From Eledone cirrhosa (taxonomy: Eukaryota): a DNA stretch of 64,000 bases. Positions within the stretch are counted from its first letter, which is position 1. Every line of letters starts with the position of its first letter. The stretch spans positions 90,830,001 through 90,894,000 of the forward strand of contig OZ024744.1 in assembly GCA_964016885.1 (NCBI GenBank). The letters are read 5' to 3'. A program made the translations under genes and the position numbers. The notes beneath the pieces were generated by a model, which had not been told where the DNA came from, ran no database searches, and worked only from the letters and a program-made list of their open reading frames with translations. Below are positions 48,752 to 63,727 of the stretch, piece by piece.

Positions 48752-49787
48752 TTCCTTTATCAGTGTTGAACAAATGAGCAACGATGGTTGCTAGACACTG
48801 TACGGCTTAATTCGGGATGTTTGTTTACAAACAAACCGAACATTATAATAAATGTTCGGTGAATCCATACGTACATATATATATATGTACATGTATGTAT
48901 ATATATATACATACTACTGTACGTCTGTATACATATATGTATGTACGTGTACATACTTATATTTAAGTATCAGCCGTACTAAGAGTGAGAAATGAAATTT
49001 CATTTCTTTCTTTTCGTTTTCTCCTAGTTTCATATATGTGATCAATAATGGTTCAGTTATTTTTTATTAACTATATTAGTTGAGAGCTTTTTGTATTGAG
49101 GTGGTGAAAATCACTTTATTTTCACACACTGTAAACAACTGCCAAAACTTTGGCCAGTATGACCTTCCTCTTTTGAGATAGGTCATCTGACAACACAGGC
49201 AGGGTTACTACAATGGCGAGAATGCTTCTATTGTCAGATTGAACTTTGGAACAAAGCCTGCCGGTTCCATCGTGTACACATGTATTGCATGGACATTATG
49301 CAACTTGTTATATAACTTCCAGGAGTTCCAGAAACCTATCTTATATTTTTATTGATTATATCGATTTTAATCAATATGAGATGGTCCAGGTACATTTTGC
49401 ACTTTTTTGTATTTATCATTGTTGGTTGTGATATATGTATGGCCAGTACCAAAGGTAATTTTTCTTGGTGTCACACTTTTTAACTGTTGTGTTTACTCTT
49501 GACAGTAATGTATTAACATACTGCTCTATTGAGTGCTTTGTGATTACCTCAGACAACTCCATTAGTACTTGCTATATGGCAGCTACAACTTCAATTCATA
49601 CCTAATATAATATTATGAGGACGTTTTTCGTATTCGTCTTATTCGGGAAACCTCTGGTAATGAGGTAATTATATTGTATTGTTTATTATACATTAAATTT
49701 TGCTCTGGTACTTACATAGAGCACTCTTCACTCCTATGACTTCTTCATTTTTCAACAGAAACTTCAATACTTATATATATATATATA

Positions 49788-50839
49788 AAACAGAACCCAG
49801 ATCCCCTCAGGGAAATGGCCTTGCTCAGTATGTAGGAAAGGTGTAGGTAGGAACTCCATTCTTTGCCCCAAATGCAAACAATGGGTACACAAGAGATGTA
49901 GCGGGATCTCAGGAAGCTTAATTAAGAATGTAGGATTCACATGCAGCAGCTGTGCTGAAACAGCAAGCAAACAGCCACAGGAAACAAGTACCACCAATCT
50001 CTGGGAGGGCCCTGTAGAAACAGTAGACAGCTTCTGCTACCTAGGTGACCGAATTAGCAACGGAGGTGGGTGCTCAGAAAGTACAATAACTAGGGTAAGA
50101 ACGGGATGGAAGAAGTTTAGGGAACTACTACCACTGTTAGCTGCAAAAGGCTTCTCCCTCAGAATGAAAGGCAGACTGTATGATGCGTGTATCCGAACAG
50201 CGATGTTGCATGGTAGTGAGACCTGGGCGCTGAAGGTGGAAGACTTACGTAGATTAGAGAGAAACGAAGCCTGCATGCTCCGATGGATGTGTAACAGTAA
50301 TATACGTGAACGACAAAGCATAAATGAATTGAGAGAGAGACTGAGCATAAGAGGAATCAAATGCTGCGTGCAGGAGAGGCGGTTACGCTGGTATGGACAT
50401 GTGATGCGTATGACTTGGGATGAGGTGATAAAAACCGACCTTACCCAACTACACCTCTCAAAGTCAATGACACACGACCGTGACTTCTGGCGTCACGCAG
50501 TAATACAGGGTACCCGACCTCCCATGGGTACATGCTGAAGCATATAAACAATATGCCCCCCCCCCCCCACCGCAAGGTGGTCGTGGAGGTGCCACGGCAA
50601 AAAAGCACCCAGCCCACACTGTAAAGTGGACGTGTAGGCGCCACGAAAAAGCACCCAGCACTCACTGTAAATGAGGTTGGTGTTAGGAAGGGCATCCAGC
50701 TGTAGAAATCAAGCCAGATCAGTTCCTGTATGAGCAAGGCATGGTCAGCCGACCAGACACTGCCCACAACAGGACAACCCGTCTAACCCATGCTAGCGTG
50801 GAAGAACGGACGTAAAACGGTGATGATGATGATGATGAT
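49788..50839 (+). mobile_element. 5'-truncated RTE copy E (second subfamily) with an intact PHD-like finger
   Basis: WPCSVCRKGVGRNSILCPKCKQWVHKRC...FTCSSC, F.YLGD, LHGSETW, (GAT)n tail. Confidence 0.93.
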
Positions 50840-51433
50840 ACACTTTTATATTTCATTCTTACTATAGTTTCAATAGGCAGCTTTTTCTCAAACATTAACT
50901 AGGCAAATGTATATATTTATATAGTATCAGCAGAAAATGTACATAGTTATATGACAGCTGCATCCTTACCTTGTCAGCCACCTTGCTGGCAGTGCAGTTT
51001 CATGCCTTAAGGTGATACTGCACTTGTGATTCCAGTTCACGCATCAGATCAAATTATCAATTTGTTGGTGGTGATGAAAATAAGACAATAAATAAAAGAC
51101 AACACAGAACTGGATAGGAAAATTTATGATAATCTTTTGACAAAAATAGAGATTAATACGTATAAAAATAATGACTAGAAATAGATAGACAACAGACAGT
51201 GTGTGTATGTGTGCAACATGTGATGCCGGAAGAAGGGAAAAATTGACTTTCATCAGCGAGATTTGGAGCAAAAAAGAAGTATGGCTGGCACCTACCAGAG
51301 TTCATGCACCTACAACTGACTGAACAAGAATTTGTTTCTCTCCAAACACAATTCTGAGAAGAGCATTTCCTAGAAGACTAACAGTCAGCCATGCATGCAA
51401 GTCTCTCCTCTACAGACCACAGTTGTCTAAATG

Positions 51434-52560
51434 AAAGACAAAGGCTGATGCAGCTTGGCACCAGTGACATTGCAACTCATTGCTACATTATATTCACACT
51501 ATATACACTATAAACACTATATATTATATATACACCATATATGATCTTGTCCAAGAGAAAGACAAAGGCCGACACAGCTTGGCACCAGTGACATTGTAAC
51601 TAATATAAACATTATATACACTATATATTATATATACACCATATATAATCTTGTCCAAGAGAAAGACAAAGGCTGATACAGCTTGGCACCACTGACATTG
51701 TAACTAATATAAACATTATATACACTATATATTATATATACACCATATATAATCTTGTCCAAGAGAAAGACAAAGGCTGACACAGCTTGGCACCAGTGAC
51801 ATTGTAACTAATATAAACATTATATACACTATATATTATATATACACCATATATGATCTTGTCCAAGAGAAAGACAAAGGCTGACACAGCTTGGCACCAG
51901 TGACATTGTAACTAATATAAACATTATATACACTATATATTATATATACACCATATATGATCTTGTCCAAGAGAAAGACAAAGGCTGACACAGCTTGGCA
52001 CCAGTGACATTGTAACTAATATAAACATTATATACACTATATATTATATATACACCATATATGATCTTGTCCAAGAGAAAGACAAAGGCTGACACAGCTT
52101 GGCACCAGTGACATTGTAACTAATATAAACATTATATACACTATATATTATATATACACCATATATGATCTTGTCCAAGAGAAAGACAAAGGCTGACACA
52201 GCTTGGCACCAGTGACATTGTAACTAATATAAACATTATATACACTATATATTATATATACACCATATATAATCTTGTCCAAGAGAAAGACAAAGGCTGA
52301 CACAGCTTGGCACCAGTGACATTGTAACTAATATAAACATTATATACACTATATATTATATATACACCATATATGATCTTGTCCAAGAGAAAGACAAAGG
52401 CTGACACAGCTTGGCACCAGTGACATTGTAACTAATATAAACATTATATACACTATATATTATATATACACCATATATGATCTTGTCCAAGAGAAAGACA
52501 AAGGCTGACACAGCTTGGCACCAGTGACATTGTAACTAATATAAACATTATATATATACA
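51434..52560. repeat. 104-bp tandem repeat, 10 near-identical copies plus a degenerate lead copy, half derived from SINE family B
   Basis: Unit starts at 51541, 51645, 51749...52477; CTTGTCCAAGAGAAAGACAAAGGCTGACACAGCTTGGCACCAGTGAC is homologous to the reverse complement of the SINE body near 15175-15222. Confidence 0.95.
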
Positions 52561-52594
52561 TTATATACATATTATATACACTAAATATTATATA

Positions 52595-52755
52595 TACCGG
52601 TGCCAAAGACTTTTCATCCTCGAGGACGCACCCTCATTTTGACAACCAAATATTTGAAAAATAATAAATAACCTTCGGCCTCCAGGACGCATGGTAGACT
52701 TTTGAGACTTATTTTAGGAAAAAAGTAGTGTTTTCGACACTGGCAAATACGGTAC
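52595..52755. mobile_element. Tc1/mariner (Tc2-like) MITE end fragment
   Basis: Ends CAAATACGG-TA; GGACGCA subterminal motif occurs twice. Confidence 0.4.
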
Positions 52756-53149
52756 ACCATATATGATCTTGTCCAAGAGAAAGACAAGGGCCAATACAGC
52801 TTGACACTGCAATTCATTTCTACAGCTGAATTGACAGGAACAATATGAGATAAAGTGTCTTGCTCAAGAACACAACGTATTATATGGTCTGAGAATTGAA
52901 CTCACACCCATACAATCACGGACTCAGCTCCCTAACAACTAAGTCACATCACTTCACTAAGTCATTCACCTACAGAATGTTAAACTCAGCATTACCCATA
53001 TCAATTTCACCCAGACTGTGGAGAGGGGTTTTCAAAGTCATCACCATTTCCCTTTATCCAACTAAAATTTTTTTTTGTTTTAAATGCAATCCATCAACTT
53101 TGTCTACCCCCCCCCCCTTGTTTTTCTGTTATGTATCACTGCCAGACCA

Positions 53150-53163
53150 GACAACTACTACTA

Positions 53164-53199
<36 letters not shown>

Positions 53200-53400
53200 T
53201 TACTACCACTACCACCACCACATCCACTGTTACTACTACTACTACTAATGCTATTACTACTAACTACTACTACTAATACTACTACTAACTACTACTACTA
53301 CTACTGCTGCTACTACTACTGCTACTAACACCACCATTACTACTACTACTACTACTACCACCACCACCATAACCACAACTACTACTACAACTACTACAGA
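53150..53400 (+). repeat. (CTA)n microsatellite
   Basis: Direct reading. Confidence 0.95.
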
Positions 53401-54389
53401 AAACACCTTGGCCATTCCTCACAGCTTATAACTTTAAATGCTCTTGCCCCTACACTCCTTTCTGTTGCAATGACAGCCCTTATCTAGATGGGCGTTTGAT
53501 TTACAGAAAATTTATTATAAAGAAGCTGCAAATAATAATAGTTTTATTATCATCTGTCTTCCTGAGGCAATGGATTGGTAGAATCGGTAGAGCATCAGGA
53601 CACCATGCTTTGAATTATGGCCTTTTATGTTCTGGCAGATTCGGTCAAACATCGGACACCATGCTTTGCAGCATATAATTATGGTTCTTTCCATTCTGAG
53701 TTCAAATCCCGCTTTGCCGTTTATCCTTACGGGGTCGATAAAGTACCAGTAACGCACTGGGGTGGATTTAATTGACTTTCCCCTTTCTTCAAATTGCTGG
53801 ATTTGTGCCTATAGTAGAAATCATTATCATCTGTCTTTCTCATACCTGAGGCTAGCGTGGTGTGTGGTTGGTATATAGTTTCTAGAGATGCTGGTTGGGG
53901 GTTGGTTTAGCAGGAGTTATGAGTAGCGCAGCTCAGTAGTTGGTTTATGGTGTTTTCTGAGTGTTTTGTTTACAGTTTATGGCAATCAACAGTCTTTTTT
54001 TACATATCATCAACATCATCATCATTTTAACAGCTGCTTTTTCCCTGCTAGCAAGGATTATTGGACAAATCCACACAGACCAAGTCAGTACTTAAGCAAG
54101 GCCGCTGATCTCCCAAACAGACCAGAGTCATCACCATCATTATCACCACCGTTTAAAATCCATTTTTCTATGCTTGCATAGGTTAGAAGAGTTGCCCTAT
54201 TTTGAGACAAACCGGGTCAGATGACCATGTCTTGTTCAATCAGAACTGGTTTTGGCTTGGTTTCTACAACTGATGCCTTTCCTAATGCCAACCACATTTA
54301 CATGTGGTGAGCATTTTTTGTTGTGACACCTACATAACCACTTTATAGTGTATACTAGGTGCTTTTTGAATGATGATATATATATATAT

Positions 54390-54778
54390 AAGAATGAAGG
54401 AACAACATATGCACCATAACATATTTAATAACATATTTCATATGTTTCACTATTTATCAGCTCAAAGAACAACCTATTATTGACCGAACCTGACTCTGTA
54501 ATCAAAAGATCATCAGATATGTTGCCTATGTAATCTCGTCTCCGATTCACAAAGGCAACATATCTGATGATCTTTCAATTACAGAGTGAGGTTCGGTCAA
54601 TAATAGGTTGTTCTTTGAGCTGATCAATAGAGAAACATATGTAATGTGTTATTAATTATGTTATGATGTAACACTGAATCCTTCTTCCTTTATTCTTATA
54701 TTACCTGCTCTGCACGAGCATCGTGTACTCACCTGGCATACCACATATAGACGCAATTTTTCTTGCAACCATACACCT
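54390..54778. mobile_element. (AT)n-flanked palindromic element (arms of about 140 bp, 54390-54697) with a hammerhead on each arm
   Basis: Plus 54557-54650 AACATAT-CTGATGA-long stem II-GAAA-CATATGT-A-ATGTGTT; the minus copy at 54430-54523 has its cleavage triplet mutated to GAA. Confidence 0.82.
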
Positions 54779-54794
54779 ATATATATATATATGC

Positions 54795-54901
<107 letters not shown>

Positions 54902-54904
54902 CAT

Positions 54905-57900
54905 GCAAGGACTCCTCCTCTTTATTTCGGCCGCGGATGGCCAACATAACCCCATCTCCCTCACCCCTCCCTGCGCCCCACCGTTCCCACCCACCAAACA
55001 CAATCCAAAACTTCAGAGTTGTTACCATGAATGTAGGCACCTTAAAAGGTCGCTTTAACGAGGTTGTAGAAATGCTTAAACGTAAGGAGGTTGGTGTTTG
55101 CTGTATCCAAGAGACCAGGTGGAGGGGTGGGTCTGCTAGATTCATTGTGGGTAAAAAACGATGCTATAAGCTTTTCTGGGTGGGAAATGACAATGGGCTG
55201 GGTGGAGTAGGAATCATGCTAGCAGAAAAATAGGCAGATAAGATAATAGACGTAAATAGAGTGAACGACAGAATAATTAAAATAAGACTTGTCCTAAATA
55301 GAACTACTGTGACAATAATATCTGTGTACACACCCCAATCCGGACTGCCTGGCGTTATAAAAGACAGATTCTATGAGTCGTTAATGCTCACTACCTCCCA
55401 AATAACCAACAGTGACTACATAATTATTGCTGCCGACCTAAATGGTCACGTTGGACAACATTGTGACAGCTATGACGGAATCCATGAAGGCTATGGGTTT
55501 GGTACTAGAAATGAGGAAGGCTCCAGAATGCTGGAATTCTGTGACGCAAATAACCTAACTAACTGTAACAGTAACTTCAAAAAACGAGACAATCACTTGA
55601 TCACCTATAGATCAGGGGAACACGCCAGTCAGATAGATTATATCCTTACCAGAAGACGTGATAGAGTGTCTGTTGTAAACACTAAATCCCTCCCCCATGA
55701 AGAATGCACCTCCCAACATACTCATAGTTAGCGACCTCATAGTCAGGACAAGACATACTCGACAATAGAGGAGGACTATTCTCAGGAGAAAAATTTGGAA
55801 GCTAAAGGACCTCACAGCCAGTAATAAATTTAAAAGCATATTACTTGATGCTTTTGACAGTAAGGAAGAGCAATTAGAGTTGTACAATATAGAGGAACAG
55901 TGGGAATTCCTGAAAGCTAACCTGCTGAAGGCGACAGATGAAGTCTGTGGCTGCAGCAGACCTATAGGCAGGAGGAGAGTAACGTAGTGGTGGAACAGTA
56001 AGGTGGAGGAGTCAATCAAGGCCAAAAAGCAGGCTTGGAAAGTATGGCGGGATGGGGGAAGTAGAGAAGACTATCAAGTGGCCAGGAGGGAAACTAGGAG
56101 ACAAGTGTACTTCGCAAGAAGGGAAGCAGAGGAAAGAAAGCTCAAGCATGTACTACAACACGAGGACCAAAAACGTGAGATGTTCAGGATTGCTAGGCAA
56201 TGTGTCAAGGAAAACCGTGATATTGTCGGGGAGAAGTGTGTCCTTAATGATGATGGTGTACTTGCCATCACTGACGCTGATAAGAAGGTAGCTTGGAAGT
56301 GTCACTACGAAAGGCTACTAAATAAATGAGGAGAATAAATGGGAGAAAGACAGTCTCCCCCACATAGATCCAATAGAGGGACCAGCAGTGCAAGTTGAAG
56401 GTAGTATAATAAGTAAGGAAATCAAAGATATGAAGACTGGCAAGGCGGCTGGGGCTTTGGAAATAGTTGCTGAGATGCTGAAAGAATCTGGAACGGTGGG
56501 ACACACTCTGGTCACCCGGATAGTAAACCAAGTCATACAGAATGGGGTCGTACCAAAGGACTGGCGTAGCAGCATCATCATTAACTGCTACAAGGGTAAA
56601 GGAGATGCCCTAGATAGGGGAAACTATAGAGGCATTAAATTAATTGACCAGGTCATGAAGGTCACAGAAAAAGTAATAGCGCAACTAATCAGCGAGTGAA
56701 TTGATCTGGATGAAATGCAGTTCGGGTTTGTGTCAGGTAAAAGTACCACAGACGCTCTTTTCATTGTACAACTACAGGAGAAGTACCAAGCTAAAAGTAA
56801 ACCCCTATACTTAGCTTTTGTTGACTTGGAGAAAGCCTTTGACAGAGTCCCACGCCCCATTATCTGGTGGTCTCTCAGAAAACTAGGTGTAGATGAATGG
56901 CTTGTGAGCGCTGTACAAGCCATGTATAAAGAAACAGTCAGCAAGGTTAGAATTAAGAACGAATTTAGTGAAGAGTTTAGCGTAAAAGTTGGTGTTCATC
57001 AGGGCTCCGTCCTTAGCCCCCTGCTATTTATTATTGCCCTTCAAGCTATAACAGAGGAGTTCAAGACCGGCTGCCCATGGGAACTCCTATACGCTGATGA
57101 TCTAACGCTCATAGCTGAATCAATGGCTGAACTAGAGAAGAAATTCCAAACATGGAAGCATGGCCTAGAATCAAAAGGCCTTAAAATTAACCTGTCTAAG
57201 ACTAAAGTTCTAGTATGTAGGAAGGAAAATAGGGCACTTGTCCCATCTGGGAAATGGCCATACTCAGTGTGTAGGAAAGGAGTAGGCAGAAACTCCATTT
57301 TGTGCCCCAAATGCAAAGTATGGGTGCATAAAAGATGTAGTGGGATCACAGGTAAGCTAACTCAGAATATAGATTTTATATGTGGCCGGTGCTCAGGTGC
57401 AATAAGTAGCAGCAAGTGCCCACAGAATACTAGCTCTTACAACTGCGCAGAGGGCTCTATAGAAATAGTGGACAGCTTCCGTTACCTGGGTGACAAAATC
57501 AGCAGTGGGGGAGGGTGCTCTGAAAGTACAGTAGCTAGAGTCAGAACGGGATGGAAAAAGTTCGGAGAGCTAAACCACTATTGGCCGCTAAAGGGTTCTC
57601 ACTAAAAATGAAAGGCAGGCTGTATGATGTCTGCATACGAACAGCAATGTTACATGGCAGTGAGACATGGGCATTGTGTGCAGAGGATATACACAGACTG
57701 GAGAGGAACGAAGCTTGCATGCTCCGTTGGATGTGTAATAGTAATATACGTGAACGGCAAAGCATAAATGAACTAAGCAAGAAATTAGGAATAAGAGGGA
57801 TCAGATGCTGTTTACTCGAGAGAAGACTACGTTGGTATGGTCACGTGATGCGCATGAAATACGACAGCTCTATAAAAAAGTGCAGGGCGGTCAAAATAGA

Positions 57901-58428
57901 TGGTAGCCACGGAGTAGGCAGACCCAGAAAAACCTGGGCCGACTTGATAAATTCCGACCTCACACACTGACACCTCTCCAAGACAATGTCACTGGACTGA
58001 GATCTTTGGCGCTACGCAGTAATACAGAAGACCCGCCTTGCCTAAGTGCAAAGCGAAACCTACAGTCAGTAGGCACCTCTTACCAAAATACACCCCCGTC
58101 CCACTACCCCCACACCATCCCTTACGATGTAAAGTTATGTTGGTACCACAACATCCAGTTCTAAATAAATGAGGTCGTGTAGGTGTCATGACAAAAAAAC
58201 ATACAGTCCACGCTGTAATGTGGCCATGTAGGTAACACGGTAAAAACGTCCCAGTCCACACTGTAAATGTGGTTGGTGTTAGGAAGGGCATCCAGCCGTA
58301 GAAAACCCGCCAGACAGTCCTATGCGAGCAAGACAACCAATCTTGCTTCAAGTGGGAAAACTCCCGTCCAAACCCATGCTAGCGTGAAAGATGGACGTTA
58401 AAGATGATGATGATGATGATGATGATGA
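54905..58428 (+). mobile_element. RTE-clade LINE copy B, near full-length, disrupted
   Basis: [55 protein letters not shown], (GAT)n tail; several frameshifts. Confidence 0.96.
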
Positions 58429-58734
58429 CATACATATATATACTTACATCATCATCATCATCATCGTTTAACGTCCATCTTCCACGCTTGCATGGGTTTG
58501 GATGGGAGTTTTCCCACTTGAAGCAAATGTGGTTGTCTTGCTCGCATAGGACTGTCTAGCGGGTTTTCTACGGCTGGATGCCCTTCCTAACACTAACCAC
58601 GTTTACAGTGTGGACTGGGAGGTTTTTACCGTGTTACCTTCACGGCCACATTACAGCGTGGACTGTGTGTTTTTTGTCGTGACACCTATACGACCTCATT
58701 TGTTTCGGACTGGATGTTGGATATATATATATAT

Positions 58735-61700
58735 ATCATCATCATCATCTTCGTTTAATGTCCATCTTCCACGTTAGCATGGGTTAGACGGGAGTTGTCC
58801 CACTTGAGGCAAGATTGGTCAGGTGACCGTGTCTCGCTCATATAGGACTGTCTGGCAGGTTTTCTACGGCTGGATGCCCTTCCTAACACTAACCAGATTT
58901 ACAGTGTGGAACTGGGAACTTTTTACCGTGTTACCTACACGGCCACATTACAGTGTGGACTGTGTTTTTTTCTCGTGATCTCATTATCTCATTTATTTGG
59001 ACTGGATGTTGTGGTACCAAATTTACAGAGAGAGGGTAGTGCTGGTGGGAGTGGGAGGATAGGGTAGGGGTAGTGGATTGGCGTGTATATTTGGTTAAGA
59101 AGTGCCTACTGACTGTAGGTTTCGCTTTGTACATAGGCAAGGCGGGTCTTCTGTATTACTGCATAGCGGCAAAGATCTCGGGCCAGTGACATTGTCTTAG
59201 AGAGGTGCAAGTGTGTAAGGTCGGAATTTATCAGATCGTCCCAGGTATTTCTGGGTCTGCCTACTCCGTGGCTACCATCAATTTTGATCGCCCTGCACTT
59301 TTTTATACAGCTGTCGTCTTTCATGCGCATCACGTGGCCATACCAATGTAGTCTTCTCTCAAGTAAACAGCATCTGATCCCTCTTATTCCTAATTTCTCA
59401 CTTTTATGCTTTGCCGTTCATGTATATTACTATTACACATCCAGCGGAGCATGCAAGCCTCGTTCTTCTCCAGTCTGCGTAGATGCTCTGCACGTGATGC
59501 CCAGGTCTCACTGCCATGTAACATTGCTGTTCGTATACAGGCATCATACAATCTGCCTTTAATTTTTAGAGAGAAACCTTTTGTGGCCAATAGCGGTATA
59601 AGCTCTCTGAACATTTTTCCATCCCGTTCTGACTCTGGCTACTGTACTTTCAGAACACCCTCCACCACTGCTGATTTTGTCACCCAGGTAACGGAAAGTG
59701 TCTACTATTTCTATAGAACCCTCTGGGCAATAGAAGTAGCTAGTATCCTGTGGACACTTGCTACTTGCACCTGAGCATCGGCCATATATAAAGTCTACCT
59801 TCTTAGATAGTTTACCTGTGATCCCACTACATCTTTTATGTACCCATACTTTGCATTTGGGACATAAAATTGAATTTCTGCCTACTCCTTTCCTACACAC
59901 TGAGCATGGCCATTTCCCTGAGGGTACCTGTGCCCTATTTTCCTTTCTACAAACTAGAACTTTAGTCTTAGACTAGTTAATTTTAAGGCCTTTTGATTCT
60001 AGACCATGCTTCCATGGTCTAAAATCTAGTTCAGCCATTGATTCAGCTATGACCATTAAATCGTCTACGTATAGAAGTTCCCATGGGCAGCCGGTCTTGA
60101 ACTCCTCTGTTATAGCCTGAAGGGCAATAATAAATAGCAGGGGGCTAAGGACAGAGCCTTGATTAACACCAACTTTTACACTAAACTCTTTACAATATTC
60201 ATTGTTAATTCTAACCTTACTGACTGTTTCTTTATACACGTCTTGTACAGCGCTCACAAGCAATTCATCTACACCTAGTTTTCTAAGAGCCCACCAGATA
60301 ATGGAGCGGGGGCCTCTGTCAAAGCTTTCTCCAGGTCTACAAAACCTAGGTAAAGGGGTTTACGTTTAGCTAGGTACTTCTCCTGTAGTTGTCATACAAG
60401 GAAAAGAGCGTCTGTGGTACTTTTACCTGACACAAACTCAAACTGCATTTCATCTAGATCAATTCGCTCTCTGTTGCCCTATAACTCTTTGTGTGACCTT
60501 CATGACCTGGTCAACTAACTTAATGCCTCTATAGTTTCCCCTATCCAGAGCATCCCCTTTACCCTTGTAACAGTTAATGATGATGCTGCTACGCCAGTCT
60601 TTTGGTGTGACCCCATTCTGTATTACTTGGTTAACTATACAGGTGACCATAGTGTGTCCCACTATACCATATGCCTTCAACATCTCAGCAACTATCTCCG
60701 AAGGCCCAGCTGCCTTGCCTGTCTTCATATCTTTGATTGCCTTACTTATTATACTATCTTTAACTTGCACCGCTGGTCCTTCTATTGCATCGATTTGGGG
60801 CAGACTATCTTTTTCCCACTTATTCTCCTCATTTAATAGCCTCTCGTAGTGACACTTCCAGGCTATCTTCTTATCAGTATCAGTAGGGCAAGTACACCGT
60901 TATCATTACGGACACACTTCTCCCCAACAATATCACGGTTTTCCTTGACACATTGTCTAGCAATCCTGAACACCTCACGTTGTAGAACATGCTTGAACTT
61001 TCTATCCTCTGCTATCCTTTTTGCAAGGTACACTTGTCTCCTGGCCACTAGATAGTGCTCTCTACTTCCCCTAGCCTGCCATACTTTCCAAGCCTGCTTT
61101 TTGGCGCTGATTGTCTCCTCCACCTTACTGTTCTACCACCAAGTTACTCTCCTCCTGCCAATAGGTCTGCTCCAGCCACAGATTTCATCTGTTGCTTTCA
61201 GCAGGTTCACTTTCAAGAATTGCCACTGTTCCTTATTGTCAAAGGCATCAAGTAATAAGTTTTTAAATTTGTCACTGACTACGGAGTCCTTCAACTTCCA
61301 TATTCTTCTCCTCAAGGTAGGCCTCCTCTGTCGTTGAGTACGTCTATTCCTGACTATGAGGTCACTAACTACTAGGCTATGTTGGGAGGTGCATTCTTCA
61401 TGGGGGAGGAATTTAGTGTTTACAACAGACACTTTGTCCCGTCTTCTAGTAAGGATATAATCTATCTGGCTGGCGTGTTCCCCTGATCTATAGGTTTTTT
61501 CGTTTTTTGAAGTTTGTGTTACAGATAGTTAGGTTATTAGCGGCACAGAATCCCAGGATTCTGAAGCCCTCCTCATTTCTATTTCCAACCCATAACCTCC
61601 ATGGATTCCATCATAGCCATCACTATGTTGTCCAACATGACCATTTAGGTCGTCAGCAATAATTTAGTAGTCACTGTCAGTTAGTTGGGAGGTAGTGTGC

Positions 61701-62192
61701 ACTAGCGTCTCATAGAACCTGTCCTTTATAACGTCAGGTAGACCAGATTGGGGTGCATAAGCGGATATTAGTGTCACAGTAGTTCTATTTAGAACTAGTC
61801 TTATTTTAATTATTCTCTCATTCACTCTATTTACATCAATTACCTTATCTACCCATTTTTCAGCTAACATAATTCCTACACCACCCAGTCCATTGTCATT
61901 CCCACCCAGAAAAGTTTAAAGCATTGTTTTTTACCCACAATGAATCTGGCAGACCCCCTTCTCCACCTAGTCTCTTGAATACAACAAACGTCAACTTCTT
62001 TACGTTCAAGCATCTCTATAACCTCATTTGAGCGATGTTTCAATGTGGCTACATTCATGGTACCAACTCTGAAGTTGGGAGGGTTGGATGGTTGGGTTGG
62101 AGGGGCAGGGAGGGGTGTGTGAGACGGAATTATGTTGGTCATCCATGTCTGAAATAAAGAGGGGTCCTTGTACTCTCGTCTTGCAGCGGGAG
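58735..62192 (-). mobile_element. RTE-clade LINE copy C, near full-length, disrupted, tail-to-tail with copy B
   Basis: Same motifs on the minus strand; YVDD at the catalytic site; (CAT)n at 58735. Confidence 0.96.
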
Positions 62193-62799
62193 GTGAATTT
62201 ATCTTTATCTGTGACGTTGTCATTGAGTGCTTAGACTTTCCAAATTTCCGCAGTCAACCCATCAAACAGGTCTAAACTTAAGGAGTAGTAACCGAGGTGG
62301 TAGCTTTGCTATACTGATTTGTTAGAGAACTTACTATAAGCCGCTGAGTTATGATTGGACAATATAGCAATGGTGGTGTGTGGGGGGTGGGAGGGCGGGA
62401 AATGGGTAACTTTAGGAGAAGGTTAGTTTTTAGGAAGAGTTCAACAGAATGAGACATATTATTAAAAACATGTAAAATATTAATTGAAAATCCGAGAGAA
62501 AAACGGAGAATTTGAATCTAGACCAGCATAAATAGAAGTTTAAAACACTGCTTATTGAGTTGACTACGGGTAAAAGGAAAGACAAGTATTTTGCTTACAT
62601 TCTCAAAATCGACAGATCATCCGTAAGATAGATTAGATAGATAAATAAATTCTGTTCTTGGGAACCCAGCAAGGTTTATTTTATACATGCGATCAGACCA
62701 GGGAGGGGGGGGGGGATATGAGAGAAGGAGCAAAGTTTTTACAAAGTTAGCGAGCGAGATGCAGGGAGGTTCTAGAATAATTAATTAATAAGACTAGAT

Positions 62800-63703
<904 letters not shown>

Positions 63704-63727
63704 ATATATATATATATATATATATAC

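Larger units (their letters stand above)
48271..49020 (+). mobile_element. Retrozyme-like element R2: 422-bp monomer, about 1.75 tandem copies with two hammerheads
   Basis: ATCTG(A/G)CAGGAAGGTATACGATGCTGACGA at 48271 and 48693. Confidence 0.88.

Noticed and set aside
50966-51070. Minus-strand exon-like segment LMRELESQVQYHLKA*NCTASKVADK with AAG|GTAAGG donor
   Set aside because: In-frame stop, no AG acceptor and no recognisable homology. It could be a pseudo-exon but is unsupported.
51541-52560. CRISPR-like regular array
   Set aside because: The intervening segments are identical rather than unique spacers, there are no cas genes, and the context is eukaryotic.
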